Virus record (IMG/VR): IMGVR_UViG_3300011443_000020
Location: 1-47,519 of that record
Source: a virus
Lineage: Duplodnaviria; Caudoviricetes
Length of the DNA: 47,519 nucleotides
Reading direction: 5' to 3' (one strand)
Made by a program: the position numbers and the translations under genes. Below the pieces are notes generated by a model. The model was not told the DNA's origin and searched no databases. It worked only from the letters and a program-made list of their open reading frames with translations. Positions 27,906 through 36,155 of the stretch are shown in pieces (within the stretch, counting starts at the first letter, position 1; every line of letters begins with the position of its first letter).

Positions 27906-28583
27906 ATGACCACTGACAATCGGGCGGCGCTCGTGGCGCGGATAGAAACACTGCTGGAGAAGGCAACGGCTGGACCGTGGCGCGTGTCGATGCGTGGCTA
28001 CAGCGTCAAGTCAAACAATGACGACATGCCGATAGTGGTGCAGAATCCGTGGGGCACATCGATGCGCGAGCGAGACATTCCGCGCTGGCTGGATAACGCC
28101 GAGCTAATTGCTGCGACACCAGAACTATTGCGCGATGTCCTCTCCCTACTCACCGCCGAGCCCGAGCGCCCCACGGTTGCGGACCATTATGGCCACGGTT
28201 GGCAAGCTGGTGTGTCGTCTGTGTCAACTTGTCGCCAGTGTGGGCAGTTCTTGAACCACGGTCATGCCTGCGTCGCCGAGCCCGAGAGGCCCACGACGCT
28301 TAGCGAAGCCGACGCGGCGCGCGTGTTGGAACTTCAGAAGATTCCATCCGAGGAGTTTTGGAAGGTCTACGACGACCTGCGCGACATCGGCAAGCTAGCG
28401 AGCGGTGTCAGTAAGTTCGTGGACCGCGTGGCAAACCTGATTCCAGACGCACCGAAGCCGAAGTGTCGGACGTGCGACGCTGAGACGACCGGCTTCGACG
28501 AGCAGGGGCCTATCTGTCTCGATTGCGCCGTCGTCAAGGCATCGCTACCGGGCGCCGAGCCCGAGCGCCGAGCACCGGACTGA
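27906..28583 (+). CDS. Ead/Ea22-like modular protein
   Basis: EKATAGPW...NAELIAATP; three AEPER linkers separating small Cys modules; GAGGAG RBS. Confidence 0.65.
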   Translation: MTTDNRAALVARIETLLEKATAGPWRVSMRGYSVKSNNDDMPIVVQNPWGTSMRERDIPRWLDNAELIAATPELLRDVLSLLTAEPERPTVADHYGHGWQAGVSSVSTCRQCGQFLNHGHACVAEPERPTTLSEADAARVLELQKIPSEEFWKVYDDLRDIGKLASGVSKFVDRVANLIPDAPKPKCRTCDAETTGFDEQGPICLDCAVVKASLPGAEPERRAPD

Positions 28584-28595
28584 CTCAAATTTCAC
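28582..28595 (+). repeat. 14-bp direct repeat, copy 2
   Basis: GACTCAAATTTCAC at the convergent gene boundary. Confidence 0.8.
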
Positions 28596-29641
28596 AATCC
28601 CGGCGTTTTGGGTTTCGATCCCACGACCGCCCCACTCGACCCCCGGGGCTCTGCCACCAGCGTCATCGTGGGAAACGTCTGCTGCAGACTCGGAATGTCC
28701 GCCACCTTCAGCACATGCGTCGTCACCTTGTACGCTTGCCCGAGCAAATCCGTTAAATGCTTATGGGCCAGGCACGTCTGCTGCCACTCGGTATACAGGC
28801 TGATCGTCGGCACCCCGAGGCTCAACCCGAGCTGCGCGAGGCCCCCGTACGTCCCGATGAACCCCTGACTCCCCTTCAACACCGCACTCTGCACCGCCAG
28901 GTTGGTCTGCGGGGTCAGGGTCGTCAGATGCCGGAGGTCGAACACGTTCGGGATGACCGGGAACGGCTGGTCCACATGCTCATCCGCATGGACCCCCCCG
29001 CTCAAGAGCACCACCGGCATCTTCTGCGCGAGGTGTCGGACCGTCGACTCCCCAATCTGGGTCGTCAGGTCACACGCCGGCCACGTCGGGCGGTAGTAGA
29101 ACCGGGCCGTCAGGTACACCGGGGGCAGCTGAATGCCCTCAGGGAGCGGCGGCGCCGGCAGGGGCGTGTAGCTGGTGTGCTGCTGCAGCCACGAGATGCC
29201 CCGCTGCGTCTCCCAGAACGGCCAGAGCACCCGGTACATCCACGAGGGGGAGATCACGTCGTAGGCGGTCACCCCAGCGGCCTTGGCGGCATCCTGGACG
29301 ACCGATCGGTCCCACACCGTGGGCGTCACCTGCTTCAGGAGCCCGGTCGCCTGCTGCTGCCGCAGGTTCTCGACCCGCACACTCCGCGGATCCCGGAGGG
29401 CATACAGCTCGACCGCGTGTTTCGCCGGATACCAGGCCGCCGCCCCGCCGCGGGTGATGGGGATGAGCCGCTCGGGGTCGACCTCGAGCGCCTTCAGGAA
29501 CGGAATCCAGTACAGCGTCTCGAACCCGACCTCCCCCCGGAACGGTCCCGCGAGGATCGGACGGGTGCTCCGCTTAAGCTTCTGCTTGAACGCGCGCCAG
29601 ATGAGCGGCGAGATATGCTTCGGCCACGAGCCAATCGTCAT
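28592..29641 (-). CDS. Putative GT-B glycosyltransferase (GT9-like C-terminus)
   Basis: AGPFRGEVGFE.LYWIP N-terminus; SQGFIGTYGGLAQLGLSLGVPTISLY. Confidence 0.6.
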   Translation of the reverse strand: MTIGSWPKHISPLIWRAFKQKLKRSTRPILAGPFRGEVGFETLYWIPFLKALEVDPERLIPITRGGAAAWYPAKHAVELYALRDPRSVRVENLRQQQATGLLKQVTPTVWDRSVVQDAAKAAGVTAYDVISPSWMYRVLWPFWETQRGISWLQQHTSYTPLPAPPLPEGIQLPPVYLTARFYYRPTWPACDLTTQIGESTVRHLAQKMPVVLLSGGVHADEHVDQPFPVIPNVFDLRHLTTLTPQTNLAVQSAVLKGSQGFIGTYGGLAQLGLSLGVPTISLYTEWQQTCLAHKHLTDLLGQAYKVTTHVLKVADIPSLQQTFPTMTLVAEPRGSSGAVVGSKPKTPGL

Positions 29642-30317
29642 AAGTATCCAGACTCAAACCCGTCTCATCCAGCACGGGCATCCCCCCGACCTTCCGGCCG
29701 CTGATGGTCCCATGCACCTCCACGTTACTCGTCCACCCGACCTCGAGGCTGCTCGTCTGCACCCACAACGGGGGCAGACTCTGCGTCGGGCTTGAGTGCC
29801 ACGGCGTCCCATCCGGGTGCGCCTGGGGCACGTAGGCCGTGATCGGCATCCCCGGATGCTGCCACCGCCACATTTTCCCCGGATGCTCCCGGACCGGCCG
29901 GATCGCCCGCAGGCTGTCCACCGCCATCCCGTCCCGCAAGAGTTCCGCCCAGGCCGCGGTCAGCTGCGCCGGGGTTCGCAGGGGACTCGTCGGCCGCAGG
30001 ATCATGTAGGCATCCGGCCGCCGGCCGACGTCCGTCCGGAGTTGCAGTAAGGGCTGCAGCCACTGGAAGTCCGTCGAGCGGTCCTGGTGCGCCGGCGCCC
30101 CGAGGCGATGCACGTCGAGCCGCACGGGATACCGGAGGCAATGCTGCTCGATCTCCTGGTCGTCCGTGCTCACCCAGACTTCACTGAAGAGCGACCGACA
30201 GACCGCGACCTGCGCCAGCGTGTAGTCGATCAGCGGGACGCCGGCAAGCGGCCGCAGGTTCTTGCGCGGAATCCGCTGCGACCCCCCACGCGCCGGAATG
30301 CAGGCGATCAGCTTCAT
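29574..30317 (-). CDS. neuA: Acylneuraminate cytidylyltransferase (CMP-nonulosonate synthetase)
   Basis: IACIPARGGSQRIPRKN, VWVSTDD, LRPTSPLRT, SLDTYDDW. Confidence 0.9.
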   Translation of the reverse strand: MKLIACIPARGGSQRIPRKNLRPLAGVPLIDYTLAQVAVCRSLFSEVWVSTDDQEIEQHCLRYPVRLDVHRLGAPAHQDRSTDFQWLQPLLQLRTDVGRRPDAYMILRPTSPLRTPAQLTAAWAELLRDGMAVDSLRAIRPVREHPGKMWRWQHPGMPITAYVPQAHPDGTPWHSSPTQSLPPLWVQTSSLEVGWTSNVEVHGTISGRKVGGMPVLDETGLSLDTYDDWLVAEAYLAAHLARVQAEA

Positions 30318-30712
30318 CGCGTCGTCGGCAGGCCCCCGGCCTCCGGCAGTCCGAACTGATCCTCGACATGCACCCGGTCGTTGTAGTGCGGTGTCGACGT
30401 CTCGAAAAACGTGCAGGGGGTGATAGCCTCGACCTGGTGAATCGCGCCCGGAGGCACATGGAAACTCTCGCCGGACATCATCAACGTCTGGACGATCTGC
30501 CCGTCCACGACCGTCCGCACCCACGCGCGGCCCGACCAGAGATGGAACGTCTCGTCCTTGTCGACGTGGTACTGCAGCCCGCCCTTCGTCCCGGCGTGCA
30601 TATGCAGGATCTTGCCGAGATAGTGCGGCGTCTCCGCGATAAAGACCTCCTGGCCCCAGTCGCGGGGAAACGTCTGCGGCGTGTAGGACTCGACCGTGGG
30701 GGTGTCAGCCAT
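30314..30712 (-). CDS. Cupin, mannose-6-phosphate isomerase-like
   Basis: WGQE, YLGKIL, LQYHVDKDETF, VPPGAIH, ETSTPH. Confidence 0.8.
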   Translation of the reverse strand: MADTPTVESYTPQTFPRDWGQEVFIAETPHYLGKILHMHAGTKGGLQYHVDKDETFHLWSGRAWVRTVVDGQIVQTLMMSGESFHVPPGAIHQVEAITPCTFFETSTPHYNDRVHVEDQFGLPEAGGLPTTR

Positions 30713-31613
30713 AGATTTTGTATCCTTCCGGTCCGTGGGTGCGTCGCATCTTCGCGAGGGGGACGGCTTCGGAGGCGTAGACCCGCTTGACCCCATCACC
30801 ACACGCATGATGAGCGCGCGCCAGGTCACGAGCAAGCCGGCGAAGACCAGATGGCTCCAGTGAAAACGCATGATCGGTCCCCTTCGCCGTCCGGTTCAAC
30901 GTGACGTGCTTCTCGATAATCCGCGCCCCGAGCATGTACGCCGCGACACTCATCGCGATCCCGACATCGTGCCCGCTCCACCCGATGACGAGCTCAGGAT
31001 ACCGCTCGCGGAGCGTCGTGATGCACCGGAGGTTGAGCTCGGCGTAGTCCGCCGGATACGCCGCCGTGCAGTGGAGGACCGCGAGGGCACAACTGCCGCC
31101 GCCGAGGACCGCGACCGCGCGATCAATCTCTGCGAGGCTGCTGCCGCCTGTTGAGAGGACCACCGGGACGCCCAGGCTGCGACAATGGGTGAGGAGGGGC
31201 ACATCCGTCACCCCTCCCGAGGCAATCTTGAGCGCCTGGACCCCCAAGCGCAGCAACCGATCCGCCGACCGCTCGTCGAACGCCGTCGCGAACCACGGAA
31301 TCCCCACCCGCTGGGCCTGCGCCGCAATCGCGACATACCCCTCGTCGGGCAGCTCGAGCGCCACGCGGTGCGCCCCGTAGGTGTCCCCGAAGCTCGCCGC
31401 GTTGCGATAGTCCCGGTTCAGCAGTGCCTGGCTGTAGAGCGTCGCGTTGTCGCGCGCCTGGAACTTCACCGCATCCGCGCCGCACCCCGCCGACATCCGC
31501 ACGAGCGCGAGGGCGTCCCGCACGAGGCCGCCGTGGTTGTTCCCCACTTCCGCCACGAGATACGCGGGCGTGTCGTCCGCAATCCGCCGGCCCGCGAGCA
31601 CAAACTCACGCAT
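30705..31613 (-). CDS. neuB: N-acetylneuraminate synthase family protein, short form without the C-terminal SAF domain
   Basis: VAEVGNNHGG, GADAVKFQ, KIASG, LSTG, LHCTAAYP, GWSGH, IEKHVTL, GTDH. Confidence 0.92.
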   Translation of the reverse strand: MREFVLAGRRIADDTPAYLVAEVGNNHGGLVRDALALVRMSAGCGADAVKFQARDNATLYSQALLNRDYRNAASFGDTYGAHRVALELPDEGYVAIAAQAQRVGIPWFATAFDERSADRLLRLGVQALKIASGGVTDVPLLTHCRSLGVPVVLSTGGSSLAEIDRAVAVLGGGSCALAVLHCTAAYPADYAELNLRCITTLRERYPELVIGWSGHDVGIAMSVAAYMLGARIIEKHVTLNRTAKGTDHAFSLEPSGLRRLARDLARAHHACGDGVKRVYASEAVPLAKMRRTHGPEGYKIYG

Positions 31614-32397
31614 GGGCCACCTCCGGCGTCCGCACGATCTCGACCAGCGCATCCCAAGTGTAGATCCCCGGCTGGAGCACCGGCGAGAGCGCATCGGTGT
31701 TCGTGTAGATCCGCTTCCCCGCGTCCACCGCCGCCCAGATGCTGGTGTTGTTCTCCCGCACCGCGGGATCGAAGTAGGCCGCGACCGCGTCGCATTCCTG
31801 CAGCTCACGCGCGAGCGCATCGTCCCCGAGGTACCCCAGTTCCCGCAGCCGCGACCCGAAGATGGCCCGCATCAACGCCAGGCTGTCCGCGAGGCCGGTG
31901 TCCCACGGCGTCCCCTCATGCACCGCCGTCGACAACGCCACGGTGTAGTCGGGATGCTCCGCGTCGAGTTGCGCCTTGAGCGCGACCATGTGTGCCGGGT
32001 GGAGCTTGTGCGCCATCCCGAAGATCAGCACGCGATACGCCCCGCGCGTCGGGTCACCCGTGATGGTCGACGGACACCACGCGGCAATCGCGTCCAGGCG
32101 AATCGTCCGCGCCATGATCAAGAGCGCCCGGTTGCCGCAGTAGATATACCGCGCCGCCTCGATCAAGTACTCCGGACAGGGGCCGTGCAGGAACAGATCG
32201 AACTCCTCGAGGACATCCCCCGCGAAGAGCCGCGTCTTGTCAGGAATCTCCGAGGCCTTGATCGAGAGCAGCGGCAGCGACACGGGCGTCCCGAGCGGCA
32301 CATACGGCACGCCGAGCCGTTTGGCGAGTTGCACGTTGAACTTCGCCACCCCGCACGTCAGCGGGTTCATGTGATAGCCCATCACCACATCAATCAC
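31606..32397 (-). CDS. Putative glycosyltransferase (reduced GT-B, GT4-like)
   Basis: CGVAKFN...LA, LGYLGDDALARELQECD, SIWAAVDAGKRIYTN; gene context. Confidence 0.55.
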   Translation of the reverse strand: MIDVVMGYHMNPLTCGVAKFNVQLAKRLGVPYVPLGTPVSLPLLSIKASEIPDKTRLFAGDVLEEFDLFLHGPCPEYLIEAARYIYCGNRALLIMARTIRLDAIAAWCPSTITGDPTRGAYRVLIFGMAHKLHPAHMVALKAQLDAEHPDYTVALSTAVHEGTPWDTGLADSLALMRAIFGSRLRELGYLGDDALARELQECDAVAAYFDPAVRENNTSIWAAVDAGKRIYTNTDALSPVLQPGIYTWDALVEIVRTPEVAHA

Positions 32398-33425
32398 GAT
32401 GGCACCTTGTAGACCAGCACCCGCCCCTGTCCGTTGTGATCGAGGGACGCCTCGAGGTCCGGACAGCGCGTGCAGCCTTCCAGCACGAACAACGCGCGCA
32501 GCAGGTCCTGGTTGAGCAGCGTGATGTGCGTCGGATCGAGCGTGTCGGCCGTGTCAAAGTCGAAGAGATGCGGCTTCGCGGTGAACCGCGTCGTCACGTA
32601 GACGTACCGCTTCGACATCTGCACGAGGTTCTGCACGGTCGCCGTGATGAGGCGGCACGGGATGTGTTCCAGCACTTCCCGACAGATCACCAGCTCGGAT
32701 CGCAGTTCGTCGTAGAGGTCCGTGAGCCATTCGGGGCTGCTGTCCATGGACGTGATGTCGGCTTGCCAGATGCGGCACTTCGTCGACCAGTTCCCATGCG
32801 CCTGCACGTCGATCCCCTTGCAGGGCACGTGCAGTTCTTCCAGCATCGTCAGTAAGTGCCCGGGGCCACACCCGACATCCAGCACCGACGACGGCGTGAA
32901 CGTGTCCTTGATGAGTTGCGCGTGCGGTCCCTCGGCAAACCGACGACTCGTCAGATCGTAGGGCGTCACCGGCACCCACGGCTTGGCCTCGGGTTGCGTG
33001 CTCACCCACGACTCGAGCGCCGCGAGCTTCTCCGTGTTCTGCCGACGCTGGTAGTCCGCGAGCAGTTCCGACGACGACTCCATCAACGGACTCTCCAGAT
33101 ACCGCGTCCCCGTGCCGACCTCTCGCAAGGCGTCCATGACATCCGAGGGGAACATGCGCCCCGCCCAATCCACACCCTTCACGAACCACGTCGGCTTGAG
33201 TCTCCGGATCTCGTCCGCCAGCGGGAACCCGCACGACACCCCACGCACCCACCGCAGGCCCGCCAACACGAACGCGCGCTGTCCCAGTGGGACGAGGGGT
33301 GGATGCCGTGCCAGATCGTCACCCACGACGACATGCACCAATTCGCCCGCGTCATTCGCGGCGCGTTCCAAAAAACTGACGTGCCCCGCATGGAGCGGAT
33401 CGAACACGCCCGACGTCAGGATCAT
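32394..33425 (-). CDS. Fusion of an HxGH cytidylyltransferase-like domain and a class I SAM methyltransferase
   Basis: SGVFDPLHAGH, FVKGVDW, SSSELL; then VLDVGCGPG, GIDV, ICREVLEH. Confidence 0.85.
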   Translation of the reverse strand: MILTSGVFDPLHAGHVSFLERAANDAGELVHVVVGDDLARHPPLVPLGQRAFVLAGLRWVRGVSCGFPLADEIRRLKPTWFVKGVDWAGRMFPSDVMDALREVGTGTRYLESPLMESSSELLADYQRRQNTEKLAALESWVSTQPEAKPWVPVTPYDLTSRRFAEGPHAQLIKDTFTPSSVLDVGCGPGHLLTMLEELHVPCKGIDVQAHGNWSTKCRIWQADITSMDSSPEWLTDLYDELRSELVICREVLEHIPCRLITATVQNLVQMSKRYVYVTTRFTAKPHLFDFDTADTLDPTHITLLNQDLLRALFVLEGCTRCPDLEASLDHNGQGRVLVYKVPS

Positions 33426-33901
33426 TCGGGCGGTACCGGGCCGACCGTGTCGACCACATCCCCGACCACCGTCGCCTTCTGCATGAAGTTCGCGGCCGGT
33501 TCCCCGAACTGCGCCCCCACCGCCGCGACGACTTCCTTCTTCGCCGCTCCGGGCCGCATCTGTCGCGCGTTGGCCTCGCTCTTCGCCTTCTGAATCTGTG
33601 CCCGCCAGTCGGCCGGCATCTTCATCAGCACTTCCTGCCCCTTCTCACCGCGCACCACGAACCCCTCGGGGCTCGCCTGGAACGCGCCGAGCTGCTCGGC
33701 ATCCGCGAGCTCGTCGGGCCGCACGTTCTCCCAGCCCTTGTACTTCGCGCGCCAGATGTGATCACTCGCCACCTGCGAGTTGAACCACCGGCACTCGTAA
33801 CTGTCATCCTTCAGCGTGACCGGCAGCGACGGTTCGCCAAAGGGGTTCTGCAGCCGCCGCTCGAGGACGGCAATGTTGGGTCGCTTCTTTGGTGGGGCCA
33901 T
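33422..33901 (-). CDS. Conserved head-module protein
   Basis: YECRWFN...GWENV...VLMKMP pattern, which I associate with scaffold/capsid neighbourhoods. Confidence 0.55.
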   Translation of the reverse strand: MAPPKKRPNIAVLERRLQNPFGEPSLPVTLKDDSYECRWFNSQVASDHIWRAKYKGWENVRPDELADAEQLGAFQASPEGFVVRGEKGQEVLMKMPADWRAQIQKAKSEANARQMRPGAAKKEVVAAVGAQFGEPAANFMQKATVVGDVVDTVGPVPPE

Positions 33902-34722
33902 TAGCCGTCATCCTCCAGGCTGTTCGACGTCCCGGGTTTGAATCCTTTGGTCAGGTCCGCGTACCGCTTGCTGTCAATGCCACGGACCGCCATGACCTTC
34001 GACTGAATGTCATCGAGCGACGTCCGCGCGAACGGCGTCGAGCGGTTGCCCGCCGCTTCGGTGATGAGCGCCGGCGGCGCCGCGGGGGCCGGGGCGGGCG
34101 TCTCGAACGCCGCATACCCGCGCACGACCGCGGCGTAGGTCTTCGCAATCGTCGGGTCCGCGAGATGCTGCAAGCCTTCGGGGGTCTGCGCCATCGCATT
34201 CCACACCTGGCGCAACGCGTCGGTATTCACCCCGGGGAGCTTCGACACCTCGTGGAAGTTCGCGATCGCCTTGTCGCGCGCGTTCTGCTGGTGGAGGGGT
34301 TGCAGTTGGGCCTGCGCCTCCTGCCCCACGTACTGCGCGAGCTTCGCCGCCCGCTTCACGTCGGGCTTGCCCTCGTTCGTGTAGAGGTCCAGCGTCGTCG
34401 CGAGCTCGACGAGCTTGGGGTCGTCACCGGTTGGAGCAGGCGGCTGCGACTTCTGCCGGCGGAGCTCTTCCAGTTCCGGTTGCACCTGCTCGACCCACCC
34501 GGCAATTTCATCGAGGCGCGACGCCTTGTCCTTGAACGTCTTCTTCTCCGCCCGCTCCGCGAGCAGGGCCGAGAGCGGCACCATCTTCTGGCCCGCGACG
34601 TCGACGGCGTCGGGCTCTTCTGGCGCCGGTGGTTCGGGGGGCGGCGCCGGCGGCGCGGCCGGGACCGGCGTCGGCTCTGGCGGCGTCGGCGGTTGTCCGG
34701 GTTCTACATCGACATCAGGCAT
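33901..34722 (-). CDS. Putative capsid scaffolding protein
   Basis: Pro/acidic N-terminus, VPLSALLAER, coiled coil, C-terminal helix-turn-helix (MAVRGIDSKRY). Confidence 0.65.
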   Translation of the reverse strand: MPDVDVEPGQPPTPPEPTPVPAAPPAPPPEPPAPEEPDAVDVAGQKMVPLSALLAERAEKKTFKDKASRLDEIAGWVEQVQPELEELRRQKSQPPAPTGDDPKLVELATTLDLYTNEGKPDVKRAAKLAQYVGQEAQAQLQPLHQQNARDKAIANFHEVSKLPGVNTDALRQVWNAMAQTPEGLQHLADPTIAKTYAAVVRGYAAFETPAPAPAAPPALITEAAGNRSTPFARTSLDDIQSKVMAVRGIDSKRYADLTKGFKPGTSNSLEDDG

Positions 34723-35105
34723 TACGCTACCTCTTCCATATCCACCACGCACAACACGTCCGCGACGCGCAGCATCAAGACGACCTCGCCATCGACGGTG
34801 ATCTGCTGCCCGGCGTCCGCCGAGAACACCACGAAATCCCCGACCGCAATCGGCGGCGTGGGCGTGAGATCCCGCAGCAGGGTCGCCGCATCTTGCAACA
34901 GCGGCTCGTGATAGACGTTGAAATTCTCCAGACGACGCGCGAGGTCGTGCGCCTCGCGCCGGAATGGTGACAGCTGCGTCCCGAGCGCGATGACGGTCCC
35001 TGTCGTTTCCTGCGGCCAGTGCCGCACGAGATGCAGCCCCGAAGCTGTGATGGCCTCCGGCGGCTCCGGCTTCACGAGCAGTCGATCCCCTAACGGTCGC
35101 AGCAT
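34722..35105 (-). CDS. groES: Co-chaperonin GroES
   Basis: LRPLGDRLLVK, TASGLHL, GTVIALG, VGDFVVF, VDGE...DVLCVV. Confidence 0.9.
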   Translation of the reverse strand: MLRPLGDRLLVKPEPPEAITASGLHLVRHWPQETTGTVIALGTQLSPFRREAHDLARRLENFNVYHEPLLQDAATLLRDLTPTPPIAVGDFVVFSADAGQQITVDGEVVLMLRVADVLCVVDMEEVA

Positions 35106-35207
35106 TTATCGCTTCCTCACAAGATAGGGGATCGCCACGGCGCCCACCCAGTACCCGATGCTGTACCCGAGCAACAACGCCACGACGCCTCGTGCGACGT
35201 CTTCCAT
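35106..35207 (-). CDS. 33-aa membrane peptide
   Basis: MEDVARGVVALLLGYSIGYWVGAVAIPYLVRKR; fills the gap exactly. Confidence 0.45.
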   Translation of the reverse strand: MEDVARGVVALLLGYSIGYWVGAVAIPYLVRKR

Positions 35208-35515
35208 TACACGCCTCCCCGGCGTTGCGCGTATATCCCTCGTGGGTCGAGCGCCGCGCCTTGTTCGTGCTGACGCTCCAGCCGCCGGAGTTGCTCCTCC
35301 GGCCACGACAGCACCTGGTTCACCGCATCACTCGCGGCATCGACCGCTTGCACGGCGGCCTCGACGCTGGTGTGCTTCCCGAGCGCGGTCTGGATGGCGA
35401 GCTTGATCTCCCGGCCATACCCTTCCCCGCCCCAGCGAATCCGCGCCATCGTCACGACCTGCTGCCACCCTGGACTATGCACGAGGGCGTGCAGGTCTTC
35501 CCGTTCATCAGCCAC
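35207..35515 (-). CDS. Small helical head-module protein
   Basis: LVHSPGWQQV; typical position downstream of a portal. Confidence 0.5.
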   Translation of the reverse strand: MADEREDLHALVHSPGWQQVVTMARIRWGGEGYGREIKLAIQTALGKHTSVEAAVQAVDAASDAVNQVLSWPEEQLRRLERQHEQGAALDPRGIYAQRRGGV

Positions 35516-36155
35516 GCTGTGCCACCAGATTCACAAAGCGATCACACCACGCCCACCAGTCCCGGAACCGCTCCCGGTCAATGGGCGTCAAGGGGTCCGT
35601 CATCCAGTACAACTGCAACCCCGCCTCCGCGAAGCGGTCATAGAACTGCTCGGACGTTACGCCGATCTTCTCCAGCATCGGCGGCCAGACTTCGCAGACC
35701 CAGAGCGGACACGTCGCGAGCAGCCGTGAGGCCCCCAGCAGGACGTGGTACTCGCCGCCTTGCACGTCGAGCTTCACGCACGCCACGGGCTGATCGGTGA
35801 TCGCGTCGAGCGGCACGCCATGCACTTGATCCGGTCCCTTGAGATCGGGAACCGCGGCGGCGAGCAGTGAGGAATGCACCGACGAGGTCCCGAGATGCAG
35901 CACCGCCGGACCGGTCGTTTCCGTCAGGGCAACCTGCATCACCGTCACGCACCCGTGTTGTTCGGCAATCCCGTCGAGCGCCTGCTTGCACCTGGCGTCC
36001 GGCTCGATGGCGTACACCCGCCCCGTGGGACCGACCCGTTCGGCCGCGACGAGGGTCATCGTGCCGATGTTCGCCCCGCCGTCGAGGCACACGTCTCCGG
36101 CCTGCAGCACCCGCTGGAGGTACGCGCCGACATCACCTTTCGGCGGCCGCGTCAC
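35508..36155 (-). CDS. FkbM-family methyltransferase
   Basis: LDGGANIG, VYAIEP, VKLDVQGGE. Confidence 0.9.
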   Translation of the reverse strand: MTRPPKGDVGAYLQRVLQAGDVCLDGGANIGTMTLVAAERVGPTGRVYAIEPDARCKQALDGIAEQHGCVTVMQVALTETTGPAVLHLGTSSVHSSLLAAAVPDLKGPDQVHGVPLDAITDQPVACVKLDVQGGEYHVLLGASRLLATCPLWVCEVWPPMLEKIGVTSEQFYDRFAEAGLQLYWMTDPLTPIDRERFRDWWAWCDRFVNLVAQRG

